From: Eutreptiella sp. 'Long Island Sound 2002'
Taxonomy: Eukaryota; Protista; Euglenida
Length of the DNA stretch: 64,000 bases
Assembly: GCA_964036045.1 (NCBI GenBank)
Contig: OZ038378.1
Location: forward strand, 91,450,001 to 91,514,000
Reading direction: 5' to 3'
Numbering within the stretch: the stretch's first letter is position 1; each line of letters begins with the position of its first letter. A program made the translations under genes and the position numbers. Below, piece by piece: positions 12,282 through 23,300 of this stretch. The notes under the pieces were generated by a model, which searched no databases, was not told the DNA's origin, and saw nothing but the letters and a program-made list of their open reading frames with translations.

Positions 12282-13826
12282 TCACCCTGCTGTTCTTTGC
12301 GGGGTGCAAGGTTTGGCTGTCCTCTGTCGCTCGCGGGGGGGGGCTGAGGACCTTCGTCCTCCACCAGGGTTACCTTTACCAGGAGATCTCCCCGGGTTAC
12401 GGCCTCCCCCATTAGGGTTACCCTTACCACCCTGATTCCTCCTTTCTTCTTCCACTTTCTTATGTTTTTTGGATTCGCGCCGTTTTATATGGCATTCAGC
12501 CTCGTAATGCCGCCGCTTGCCGCAATACTCACATGTTATAGTGCAGTGGAAGTGACCATCTTTGGTTTCTAGCTTACGTTGCAACTGGAGGAGGCAGTAG
12601 GATCGCCCATCATAGTCATGGGCGTGGCATGGTACTTCTTTGTTGTCCGTAGGACGGCGGTAGAGAAGAGCAGGGACCCCTTTTCATTTGAGGTGGGGGT
12701 CTCCTGCATATGCTTCAATTGCCCTCCTGCTTACCCTCGTTGGGGTTAGGTTGAGAAGAACTCCCTCGAGGACTCCTCTCGGTTGAGGTTTCCTTCTGCA
12801 GGTGCTTGTGCAGGTACTTTTCCATGTGGGAGTCCTTCTCCCTCTCCATGGCCAGCTCGATCAAAAGATCGACCAACTCATCATTGGAGTGCGTCGGAGA
12901 TTTCCTCTCAGGCTCCCTGCAGTTCTCCCAGGTTTTGGGATGTATTTTACCCACCAGCCACAAGTGGGGCTCACGGGGACCGTAGGAGGTGGGGTTCATC
13001 CGCCCCATAAGCTCCTCCAGCTGGGGCACAAATTCCGATATCCTGGCAGCCGTAGGGAATTCGGGCAGCGTGGGCAGCTCCTCCATTTCTGTACGGACAT
13101 TCAAGTCCGTTTCGTACACTAAGTACATTTGCTCCAGCCTTCTCATAAATTCCCCCCAGCTACTGCTTTTCCTTATGGCAGTCTTCACCTGCCGTTGGAG
13201 GAATTTCTTTTTGCACGACTTCTTGATAAGTGTGCATTTGGTTTTTGCGTCATCGTCGTTCTAACCCGTGAGAAAAGGAATTCAAGGAATTCCTCGGACC
13301 ATTCAGACAAGTTTTTCGGATCGAACCTTGGGAGTTCAATTTGAAGTTTCACCGTAGCGATAGCCTTCGTACCCCTGCCGCATCCACCTGCAGCACCTGT
13401 AGCATTTGAAGGGGGTGCGGGGTTTGTGATGGCCAGTGGCGCCAATGCAGCCACACCATAACTCTTCATCTCAGCCTCAGGTGTGTCACCCACATTGCAA
13501 AGAGGCACAGTCCTCACAAAAGGATGAAAGGGGCTAGGACAGGTATCCTTGGGAGAGGTGCGGATACCACGACAGCTCTTCACGTCGCTGGTTAAAAGTT
13601 CCACACCCCGTGACATAGTTGGGTGTGGTTTCTTCAGATCAGCCAACCCCAGTTTAGCTTTGACCGCCGCCAGTAGCGCACTCAGGTCTAGGGCCTCTTC
13701 ACTGGCTCCCAATACCCGAGTGAGGAGGACCACGGTCTCATCAAGACCGGGTGTGGAAGTTTCCGCGTGTGGGGGAAGGGCACCCTCTACCTTGACGGGT
13801 GGGGTTACCTCGGGCTCCTTCCTCAA
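12282..13826 (-). pseudogene. gag: Retrotransposon gag remnant (capsid-like region plus CCHC zinc knuckle); no pol found
   Basis: It shows a LPRFDPKNLSEWSEEF capsid-start-like motif, a helical WGEFMRRLEQMY segment and a CEYCGKRRHYEAEC knuckle (C-x2-C-x4-H-x4-C). The sequence is split over three frames. Confidence 0.8.
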
Positions 13827-14070
13827 CGATGGTGTGGGGGCGCTAGACTCCTAGTCTGTGAACATCTCGGAGGTATCGACGGAGTCGTCTTCTTTAGCGT
13901 AAGGTGGCTCAAACGCAAACCTTCACAATCCGCATGAGCGTTCAATGCCGTTAAAGCATGGCATCCCAAAGGGCACACAACCACCTCCACGAACAGCTAC
14001 AATGGATCATGAGACGAAGCAAGCTGTACAACACCTGCCATGTGCGCGAACGTTGCTCAAGATCAAAAGT

Positions 14071-14217
14071 GTGTCCTCCATGTTGATAAATTGTAGGAAA
14101 GAAACTAGACGACCACATACCAACCAATCAGTACTATGATTGGAAGGAGAGCGGACCAAGGGGATTGTTTTATTAACTAGTTACTCGTCCTAGACGTGGG
14201 ATGCATTTGCCACGACA
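14071..14217 (-). promoter_or_regulatory. Possible short LTR (TG...CA, 14217-14081) followed by a PBS-like TGGAGGACAC
   Basis: The minus strand reads tgtcgtggc...aataaaa...tatcaaca|tggaggacac upstream of gag. No second LTR was found and the priming tRNA is unassigned. Confidence 0.3.
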
Positions 14218-15059
14218 GTACCTATTGTCGAGAACGTAAGATGACAACTATAAAAGCAAGCTTCCAAACCCAAGCATGGCCTTCGTTGATCTCTTTAACT
14301 TTGGGATGCACATCATGCTTTGGAGGCGGAGGAGGCACATGATTCGAAATCAATACCGCTGTGTGCAGCCAAAGAGGCGTGTCCCTTGTCAGCAGTGAGG
14401 TGCCTAGATCTACCACAACACTTCCAACCACATCAAGTGTACACTCCTCAACCCAATGCACAAGCGAGAGAACACGAGATACAGAGGAGCATCCTAAATG
14501 TAATCAACTTTGAGGAGACGGCATCGAATAATCGTTCAAGGCCATGTCTTCAATTTGTATGTCAATTGCTCCTTGAAAAACCCATAGAGTGCAACAGGGA
14601 TTGGTGGCACCAAGTCTAGATGGAGCCGCAACGGGCTTGGTCACAAAATTCCTACATGGGATATTACGGCGGTTGACATGAAGATGGAATGGCGCGCCAG
14701 CCTACATCTATGGTACAAACGAAGGCTCTAGGGTGCGAGAAAGCAAAGCACACCATTAGTTGGTGATTAAGCTCTCACATGTTGACTTCCCCATAGTCAA
14801 ACCTTTGTTTTGGCCAGAAGCTAGCTCAAGACGATGCACGGCAAGTGGGCCTCGACACACAGAAGCCTACCACTGGAGTCCCTAGTGCGATACGCATGCA
14901 ACAATAGACAAACATCTCCATGCAACTACCGAAGACTTGGAAACATTTGTAATGTCCTTCGTTGAGACTCATTTTGAGGGCAGTGAGCCTCAATAGACCC
15001 CATTTGGGACTTGGGGAGTACCTCCTCCTTGGAAGGGGCTGATACCTCCAACTATCAAC

Positions 15060-15730
15060 TATAAACGCAACTACTACTCCTACTACGACTGCTACTACGG
15101 CAACCACTATTGTTGTTGTTGCTGCCACTGCTGCCACCCACCCACCCACCTACACAGCTACCCAACCAGCCAACCAACCAACCACCCACCCACCCACCCG
15201 TCCTGCCACCAATCAACCCACCGACCCACCCACACACACACACCGACCCATCCACCCAACGAGCAACCCACCCACCTACCCACTGGCCCACCCACCCGGC
15301 CGACCACTGGGACACCCAGCCACACACCCGGCCACCAACTTGGTCACCCACTTGGTCACCATATTACCACCGCTACTACCACAACCACTGCTGCTGCTGT
15401 TGCTACTACCACTACTACCACAACCACCACCACCATTACTACTGCAGCTATTTTTACTGCTACGGCTGCGACTACCACTACCTCCTACGACTACCACTAA
15501 CTACTACCACCACCACCAACACCACCACCAACACCACCAATGCCACCACCACCACGACCACGACTACTACTACTACTAGGACTACAACTACAACTACCCA
15601 TTGCGATTACGTACTACGGCTACAAGCACACCACTACCTACTACTACCACTACCCACTACTACCACTAATGGTAGTGGTACAACTAAAACTACCCTTACC
15701 ACTATCGGTACCACTACCATCTCTACCAGA
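15060..15730. repeat. Compound microsatellite: (CCAC/CCAA)n then (ACT/ACC)n
   Basis: Directly visible tracts; they account for the spurious poly-T/H/P ORFs in the track. Confidence 0.95.
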
Positions 15731-15744
15731 TCTCTCTGACATTG

Positions 15745-16296
15745 CCCACAGCCATTTTGATGTACGTGCTATCTTTGTGTGCTCCTCATCCTCCTATGGT
15801 CAGCCCCTTGGTGCATCCGACAACCTCTATCATGTGGCTTTCCACTATAATGGACACCCACCGCTTCGTTCTTGGCCGTGCCGGTTGCGGTTGCAGCGGC
15901 ATCACCCGCACTTACTTGGACTCATCTTGGTGTTCATGACCTGCATGTGGCGGACGAATTCCAGAGCCGTTGCTTGTAGCTCCTCCACCGAAGGCTCTAT
16001 GACCACCGTGTCATCAACCGCTGAAATCAACATCACCCGAACTGTCGCTTCTGCAAGGTGGACATGTACGCCTAGCCTAGTCCCGTGCATTGCTATGAAG
16101 AGCATGACCGTGTACAAGACGTAGAGCAGCGGGTCCATGCCTTCACCTTGCACCAACCCAGCTGCGATCTTGTCTAGGAGGGTGAGATCGTGCGCTGTTA
16201 CCATAGAGACCGGGACGAGGTTATGCAACGTCATTGCTTGCTACCCCAGGAACTACAAAATTGAATCGCAGCCTATCACCGCACTCATTGCACCTT
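15745..16296 (-). pseudogene. Non-LTR retrotransposon 1, RT domains 4-6 (3' part, right of the microsatellite)
   Basis: AAGLVQGEGMDPLLYVL resembles the G..QG..LSP motif, ISAVDDTVV resembles YxDD, and MNTKMSPSKC resembles the domain 6 N..KC motif. Confidence 0.8.
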
Positions 16297-16976
16297 CTTA
16301 GGCGGCTCTATACGCACGTAGCAAAATTGCCACAGCTCCCAAATGGGTACCACCCCAAAACGGGGGCTGAAAAACCACTTTGAAAAATTGCACAATTGTG
16401 CTTTGCAGAGAACACCCCAAAAAACCTGTGAATTATCCAAAATGACTGTGTGTAGGGGGTACAACATGTGCCAGTCAAAAGTCATGTATCCCCTTCAAAT
16501 TTGGGCACTGCAGTGTCCGTCCAAAGAAAAATCCAATTCTTCCAAATCATCCGCTGCTGCATTTCAAACCATGCCGTAAAATGCAACCTAAAAAATGAAG
16601 CAAGGAGGACGACATGCAAACACATGCAAAAGTCTGGTTTGCTTTTTGTTACCGCGTCTGCTGACCCAGTCACTGTGATTGTATGCGAAGCGTCAAGAAT
16701 GATGCACCACCAGTGGTGCCGACCAACAACGGAGGCGCCGCCAGTGGAGGCAATCCAATAATAAATGACAACAACAATGCCTGCAAAAGAAATGGCCCAG
16801 CAGGGGTAAAAAAAGGGCGAGTCGCTGAGTTTGGGCATTGCAGCGCCCAAAATTACCAAAACATGAAAAAGGGCACCAGTCTCACACCTGCATAGAACAG
16901 GACGCGCGACAGTGTGCAAATCGAGGCGAAAAAACTACTGACATGGTCACAGGCAGTGCCAACCGCACAACGCAGT

Positions 16977-17822
16977 CTACTTCTTCTTTGGTGGAGCCTT
17001 CTTACCCTTGGCCTGACCTACTTTGGCGTGAAACATATTGAGGGGGGTACTGTCCTTGGCCTTTTTGGCTGGCCTTTTGGGGGGATCATCAACCTCATCC
17101 CTACTGTCGTCGGAGGACGGCTTCTTCTTGCTGGGGGTGCTCCTCTTCTTGCTGTCACCACCTCCGACCAGCACGATCTCGTCATCCTCCTCTTCCTCCA
17201 CATCGTCCCCCCCCTCCTCATCTTCCCCTTCCCCAGGCCGCTGCACCACAACTGGCATACAGTCCCTAATCCTTGGCATCCAAGCGTCCCAGTTAACCAA
17301 GTAGACACAGTCCATCTCCTGCACATACGCCGCTAGCTGTTCACAGAACTCGTTAAACAAACCCTGGCGCCCAGTGAAGCAAGCTGCCAGACAGGGGGAC
17401 TCAGGAAGGCAGGACAGGAGCTGTGCTGGCAATACAGCCGATGCTGTCAAAAGCAGGAGCCAGACTTCATCCTCGGACTGTCTGTCGCGTCGGGGAACAA
17501 TACCAAGCACACGCAGGAGCCAACCAGCCGCCGCCAGACCAATGGTGCTGCCGTATGCACCCTGATCGCAAATGAAAATATTCGGGACCTTCACCCTAAA
17601 CTTGTCGGGGACACAGAAGCAAATAGTCCTCTCCTCGAACCGATAGGTCGGGTGACCGACTGCCTGATCAAAAAAAGAGGTCATAATATACTGCCAGCCT
17701 CCACACTCCTCAGAGTCGCGCAATTGATTAACTAGGAACTTAACGTCAGCCGCCATTCCACCAATAGCCACAGGTACCAACTTCGCAGCAACCTTCAGCA
17801 CCAGCGGATGGATATGGTCCAT
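16977..17822 (-). CDS. Element B accessory ORF-C, 281 aa, conserved N-terminal part plus acidic/Lys-rich tail; unknown function
   Basis: It is an uninterrupted ORF with homologs in A and E. The tail is D/E-rich, then has KK-rich NLS-like clusters. The true 5' end probably lies further upstream in a decayed region. Confidence 0.7.
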   Translation of the reverse strand: MDHIHPLVLKVAAKLVPVAIGGMAADVKFLVNQLRDSEECGGWQYIMTSFFDQAVGHPTYRFEERTICFCVPDKFRVKVPNIFICDQGAYGSTIGLAAAGWLLRVLGIVPRRDRQSEDEVWLLLLTASAVLPAQLLSCLPESPCLAACFTGRQGLFNEFCEQLAAYVQEMDCVYLVNWDAWMPRIRDCMPVVVQRPGEGEDEEGGDDVEEEEDDEIVLVGGGDSKKRSTPSKKKPSSDDSRDEVDDPPKRPAKKAKDSTPLNMFHAKVGQAKGKKAPPKKK

Positions 17823-18099
17823 TTGTTCCTTCGTACACTCAATGAAGACCTATTGTCAAAAGCACATTTCATTACAGATGGGCAATGCAGTGCCTAAAGT
17901 GACCAGCAATGCGAAATCGATCCCATTCTTATGCCTAATGGTTGCATACCGCTTTGTACTCCCTCAATGCAATCGTATAGAGGATAGCCTTGCCAGGAAC
18001 CAACGCAATTGCCTCTGCCCAAGCTCCGGTTGCTTCAGTCCCATCTTGCGGCTTGTTGAGCCAGATAGTTGTTGATTTCTGCCCATCAGTCGTTGTCAC

Positions 18100-19653
18100 T
18101 GCAGTTTCCTTGACAGGCCTCGCCGGCGCAATCCTCAGGTCAGCCCATTCCTCATCCTGCCACAGCGGTGGTTTCTGGATGGTGTCCCAGCTTGGTAAGG
18201 GATTTTCGGCACTCTAGGTCCATTTCCCCAGTGACAATTTGGCGGCCCTCGGCGACTTTGCAAGCAGTTTGAGGACTCTTTGCATTTCATGCACGTTCAC
18301 TGTTAGAACAGGAGACCACTGGTACCACTGGGATCGAAACAGCCTGGCGTCGTGGGTCCGGGGGGGGGGGGGGGGTCAACAGCGATCGCGCCAGACCCTG
18401 CCGCCCCATAAACATACGTCGAGAAGGATGGCTGAGCGTGTTGTCCGGGTAAAGGTATAGCATCTCCCACAGGCGGTCCCGCTTCAAGAGTCTGGCCTTG
18501 GCATGTAGTCCTGTGATCTTGGCTGCATCTCCAGCCATGTACAGCAATATTTCATCCATCTGGTCACTATGCAGTCCCGTCAACGGCCGCAGAGTGTAGG
18601 GATTGAGCACTGCAGTGCAAAAATTAGGGTCGCATCGAATTTGGGCACTGCAGTTCCCATGAACACCAAAAGACGACGAAAACAGGTGCTCGGAGGACAT
18701 AATACCTTCACCGGCAGTCTTCTCAAAGGTGTCAACAAACTCAGCCACGCGGCCACCAGATATCTGCAGTAATGAAACCAGCGGTCTCCAAATTTTCCAG
18801 ATTAAGTCCTGGCAGGGATACAGTGTTGGACAGGCCACAGGTACGCAAAGGACTGACAACGGTGGTCTCATCGTGCATCTCTCATAACACAGATGTTTTC
18901 TCGCCCAGTCGGCCACACTTCCGCAGAGCCACCAGCAGCATCTCTTTCGCTTTGCCCTTCTGCACTTCAGTCCAAATTCGAGCGGCCACTTGTCCCATAC
19001 TCAGCTTGCTCACTGAGTGTTGTACCGCATTGTGATCGCCTCCAATAATCTCTCTGATGTCAACAGGACAGTCGTGTCTGATCTCCTCACAGTAGACGTG
19101 TTGTAACCAGTCTGGCAGTGCCCGTGACTTCTCACAGTATTCTCGGTGAAGTCTTTGGAGTGCTGTCAGGATATGAGCCCCGCCCAAGCAGTAGGGAATT
19201 TCAGCTGATAGAAAAATGGACCACAGGGAGATGGGAGATGGGAGATATCAGCGAGATGGGCACTGCAGTGCCCAATTGACCAGACTGTGTCAAAATTACG
19301 ACGCGTGTGTGACAGGATGGTAGTGTACCTTCGTTTCGCCATATGAGAATGTTTGAGATAGGCCGGCAGGGTGGATTTGTCCTCAGGCTTGCGATCCGCG
19401 ATAGTACTGAGTCCTCGTCCCTCTCTCTGGTCTGCCCACGCGTGAGGTCGGTGTCAAACTTTATCTTGGTCAGCTGTATCTTGACCAGCTCCTTTTTGAT
19501 CCACGGTGCCCGGAATGTTTCCGTTGCCCGGTCGGTCCCCGTCCGCTTCACTGGAGCCTGCCCCGACTGCGCCCGTGTCTTCTCTGCTGTGTGAACGGCT
19601 TGCGATGCGGTCTGCTGCTCATCCCCTTCCGGCAGTTCGGTATCCGAAGGCAT
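18100..19653 (-). pseudogene. Element B accessory ORF-B (~500 codons over several frames); unknown function
   Basis: ORFs 19201-19653, 18882-19187 and 18287-18916, plus a tail to ~18100, each align to the A copy; the YT[LM]R and LW..HPSR segments also align to E. Confidence 0.8.
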
Positions 19654-20224
19654 AGCTCAGCAAAGGGGCTAACAAAGGGTCACACGACACACTACAAAAG
19701 GCCACAGGGCTGCAAATTGTTGATTTACAGGCTTCTAATGTTGATGACTACTGGGAGCGCTCGACGATTGAACACAGATGGCAGAAATAGCATCACAGTC
19801 GGATGCACCTGGTAAAAATCGAGGGTCAAACTCATTCAGCTCCGAAAGGACAGCCACGGGGGCGTCGGAATCATCACTGTGAACCGACACTGTTTCTGGA
19901 GGGGAGGGGGTCCGGGTCCCATCCATCATCACCCACAAAATCAGCAGCCCTCAGGTCTGGATCTCCGGCTGCCCCACCAGCATGGGGGGGGGGGGTCCTC
20001 ATCGCTGTCACTGTCGCCATCAGCATTGGGGGGGGGCGGGTATCCGGGCGGGGTCCCTTTGCGCAAAAGCGCGTGCTGGCCGGCGTCGCTTGTACCGGTC
20101 TGGTGTATTACATGCGCGTAACATGTCCTGTGCCTGTGCTACTGTTGTGTCCATATCACCTGGAGGACGCTGTGGCACGTGTCTACCCAGCTCTGTCATC
20201 ACATTAGCATCAACTTTAACAGGT

Positions 20225-22169
20225 TTAACAAGTGTCTGCAATGTCTTGGCACGTAGATCTCGGTAATGCTGCAGTGAGCACCGTATCTAGTGCGCAAGGA
20301 AAATCCATCTTGGCAGGATCCCACCTGTCTTGCACGATACTCGACCTTTGACTGGACCAGACCAGGGGGGGTATAACACCAACATCGAATCGCGCCATCA
20401 ATCTGGTGAACCGACGATCAACCAGTTGTGGCAGTCCCTTGGGAACATTAACGTACTGCAGGTCCTTTGGGGTCTGGTCTGCAACGGGAGTGAGTATAAA
20501 CAGGTCATGCACCTGTTGCAACGTACAGTTCCGAGGGTGTTGTGCCATTAAGTGCACAACACGGCTTAACAGGGCCTCACACGGTTCCTTACTGTGTGCC
20601 ACCCCAGGTAAGCGGGCAAAGCACTGGGACCACAACAGCCTAGCAACAACAATGGTGCGCACATATTCAACCTTGTCCTCATAACCTAGGGTGAGCCTCA
20701 GAAGGACGTGTAGACAACGGCTCAACAATGGCCCTGCAGCGTGCTGCTCTCCCTGTGCAGACCAATGACAATCCCTCACTTGCGACCCAATAATAAACAA
20801 GGCTGGAATGTAACCACACAGCAGTGTTACCAACCCTTGCACTTGTGTAAGAAGTGTGTCGGTGCAAACCCCTTAGAGTCTGTAACTTCTGTTCCAAAGG
20901 TTGGCGCCACTTATGGGCCAAGTGCAAGAGCACTAGAATCATACGCTCCATATAGATGAGTTTCGGAAAGTTGGGCACTGCAGTGCCCAAATTGAGTGAA
21001 CCATAGGAAAAATAGGTAAATAAAGGGAAGAATCTTCTGTAGCACAGGGTTACACAATATTTATATGGGTGCCATGTGCCGTACACTACCGGGGTACGTG
21101 TAATGAATAGGGGCACGTTGTACCGAGCATAGCTGATGCTGTAAACGAGCTTAAGGACACAGTAGTGAATATTTTCGTCGACCAACAATGGAAGACGGTG
21201 CTGTGTGTGCTGCTGCACCTCCTAGAGCCCGTGAATAATAGAGACAAGGTCGGGGGTGGCGGACACAGTTAGGTCTGTGAGAAAAAAGGGGGTCCAAGCT
21301 GGGCTGGTAACATTATCCCGTCGTATGTCCAAGGGACAACGAACTAGTTGAAGGCGGATGGGGTCGTCCATCAACCCTTGCAAGCCATCAATGAAGTTTT
21401 TATGGCTCTGCACCAACAAGTCTGCAGTGTACCCAATCCTCTGCCGCAAGACCGAGAGGCTAGGAAAAGACGGCATAATGTCGACAGGTCGTTTCAAGAG
21501 TATGATAGCACCAGCTGTACAATTAAGGGACCAGTTCTCATTACCAGGCACATGCCGGAAGTTACGTCTATAAAACTTATCAAACCATAGAACAGCGGGT
21601 TTACCTTCCAAGGTCTACCAAAGACTGGTGCAAGCAGTTGCGCCTTGAACTGCAAAGGAGGGTACATTGTAAGAACATTGACCCATGTGAGCCAAACACC
21701 TACCTTGCACACGACTCTTGGGTTGAACACCTACAGCCCTCTTGGCACGTGGACGACACCTCTTGTGTAGAAGAGACCATATATTAAAAATCTCTTGCTC
21801 AGCAACACGGAACCATTGGTCCGGCAGACAATTAACGGTCCGTCTGTCCCTTTGTTGGATGTATTCACCAACAGACCGCCTACTTCTCCACTCCAACCGG
21901 AGATCTAACACCCACGTACAAAACGCATCGGCACCCTTATCCACACCCACAGCCTCAGATAGATCCTCCTTTGCAGCATATACCTTCGAAATAAGGAACT
22001 GCCGGAAGGGAGCCGCATTCATGGACAAAAGTCCTGTTCGCAGGCAGCAAAGGTAAGGGGACAAAGAAAACATAGGCACCATCACAAAACAAACCTGATG
22101 CGGCATAGAGCAAAAGCAGCTAGCGAAGATCCAAACAATGTATCCCCCAATGGACGTGGGACGTTCCAA
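20225..22169 (-). pseudogene. Element B DDE-like transposase (~650 codons), Academ/DUF6589-like by motif layout
   Basis: ORFs 21615-22169, 21222-21611 and 20679-21218 share one frame and are separated by single TAG stops; a frameshift then leads into 20225-20842. Candidate catalytic motifs are WFD, LVDENI, GTWH and KEPCEAL. The family name is an inference. Confidence 0.8.
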
Positions 22170-22556
22170 AGCCTGGGTACACTTTAAGGTGGCAGTCAGA
22201 CAACCGGCAATATATTTCCAATGAGCAGAGGAGGAGTACCAACGTCCGATGATTCATACGTCCTTTGTCAGGTGTTACGCAATGGGAACCAATAGGAGTG
22301 AAATACGGAGTTTTCAAATTTTTGGACACTGCAGTGCCCAAAAGTACTGGAAGTCCATTTTGAAGTGCACATTTGGACACGAATGGAATTGATTGGGCAA
22401 GGTACATTGTACGTGGCCTTCCGAGTATAACACCGCGGTGCGATGACCCATGGATAACGGGTATGCCAAGGTTTGATGCATGCTGCTGCAGTATGACATC
22501 ACCTGTGGAGATGACTACAGAGGTGTACTGGAGAACCCACTGAAAAAAGCCATTTC

Positions 22557-22588
22557 AAATTTTTGGGCACTGCAGTGCCCAAAAATTT
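22557..22588. repeat. Perfect 32-bp palindrome aaatttttgggcactgcagtgcccaaaaattt, the best copy of the element-B motif
   Basis: Read directly. Other copies begin at 16503, 16833, 17880, 18605, 18643, 19258, 20973 and 22324. Confidence 0.95.
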
Positions 22589-22800
22589 TCAATGATACAA
22601 TTTTCAGCCCGGAATAGGGGGTGTATACGTACACCTCTGGAAGCAACAAAAGGCAAGTTTGTTTTATCCCACGATGAAAATCCACGTGGGGTTGGCCGAA
22701 AAAATGATATGCTTTTTTTAGGTGCAAAAAACGGATGTTGAAATCGCCATGAATCGTGCCTTTTAGCAACGAAGTCTACGTGCGTATAGAGCCGCCTAAG

Positions 22801-23300
22801 ACCTTGGTAAATGGAACCATACACATTAGATTGGTTAGTTTTCAGCACCGCCACTCCTAATCCTTGCTCACATTATGGAGAAAGCACTGGATGTGGGATG
22901 GGGACGGGCCTTTGAGGATCGCAAACTAACACCACACAAAGTGTGCCGGCACAAGCAGCTGAAACAGCAGCGTCGCCGGTGCCTAAGCACGCCTCATTCA
23001 ATCAAGATTGGCCGCGTGTTGGTAGTGAGATTGTCACCTAGGCGCTCCACCACTAGTATTTGTGGAGCCGTATGGGCCTCCTCAGGCGGCTACTCCGTTG
23101 TGCACATGAGCAGGTCACCCATCAGCATTAGTGTGTACGGGCCAAACGTCGTTGCTAGTGCTCAGCAGTTTCCGTCCCAGGTGGCTGCTCATGAAGATTG
23201 GTCACTGGACACTTGCAACAACTCCCTTGCGGTCATCATGCGGTGCATCGCTTGGTTGACTGCCCCCTTTGATTCTTTAATGGCTTGTTTTCTTGCAGCC
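22801..23300 (-). pseudogene. Non-LTR retrotransposon 1, RT domains 0-3 (5' part)
   Basis: PEEAHTAPQILVVERLGDNLTTNTRPILIE resembles the domain 1 RPI motif. AVLKTNQSNVYGSIYQG resembles domain 3 (D..nAfgsv). It joins in frame across B to AMSAVIG...MTLHNLV. Confidence 0.7.

Larger units (their letters stand above)
16297..22800 (-). mobile_element. Element B: complete 6504-bp DNA transposon with 25-bp perfect TIRs and 5-bp TSD ACCTT
   Basis: cttaggcggctctatacgcacgtag (16297-16321) is the exact reverse complement of 22776-22800. acctt lies at 16292-16296 and 22801-22805. The empty site restores the LINE RT frame. Confidence 0.95.

Noticed and set aside
15055-15739. Thr/His/Pro-rich mucin-like ORFs
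   Set aside because: They are translations of microsatellites.
20679-22169. TAG read-through or an alternative genetic code, suggested by single in-frame TAGs
   Set aside because: The same elements have frameshifts and TGA/TAA stops; mutational decay explains this better.
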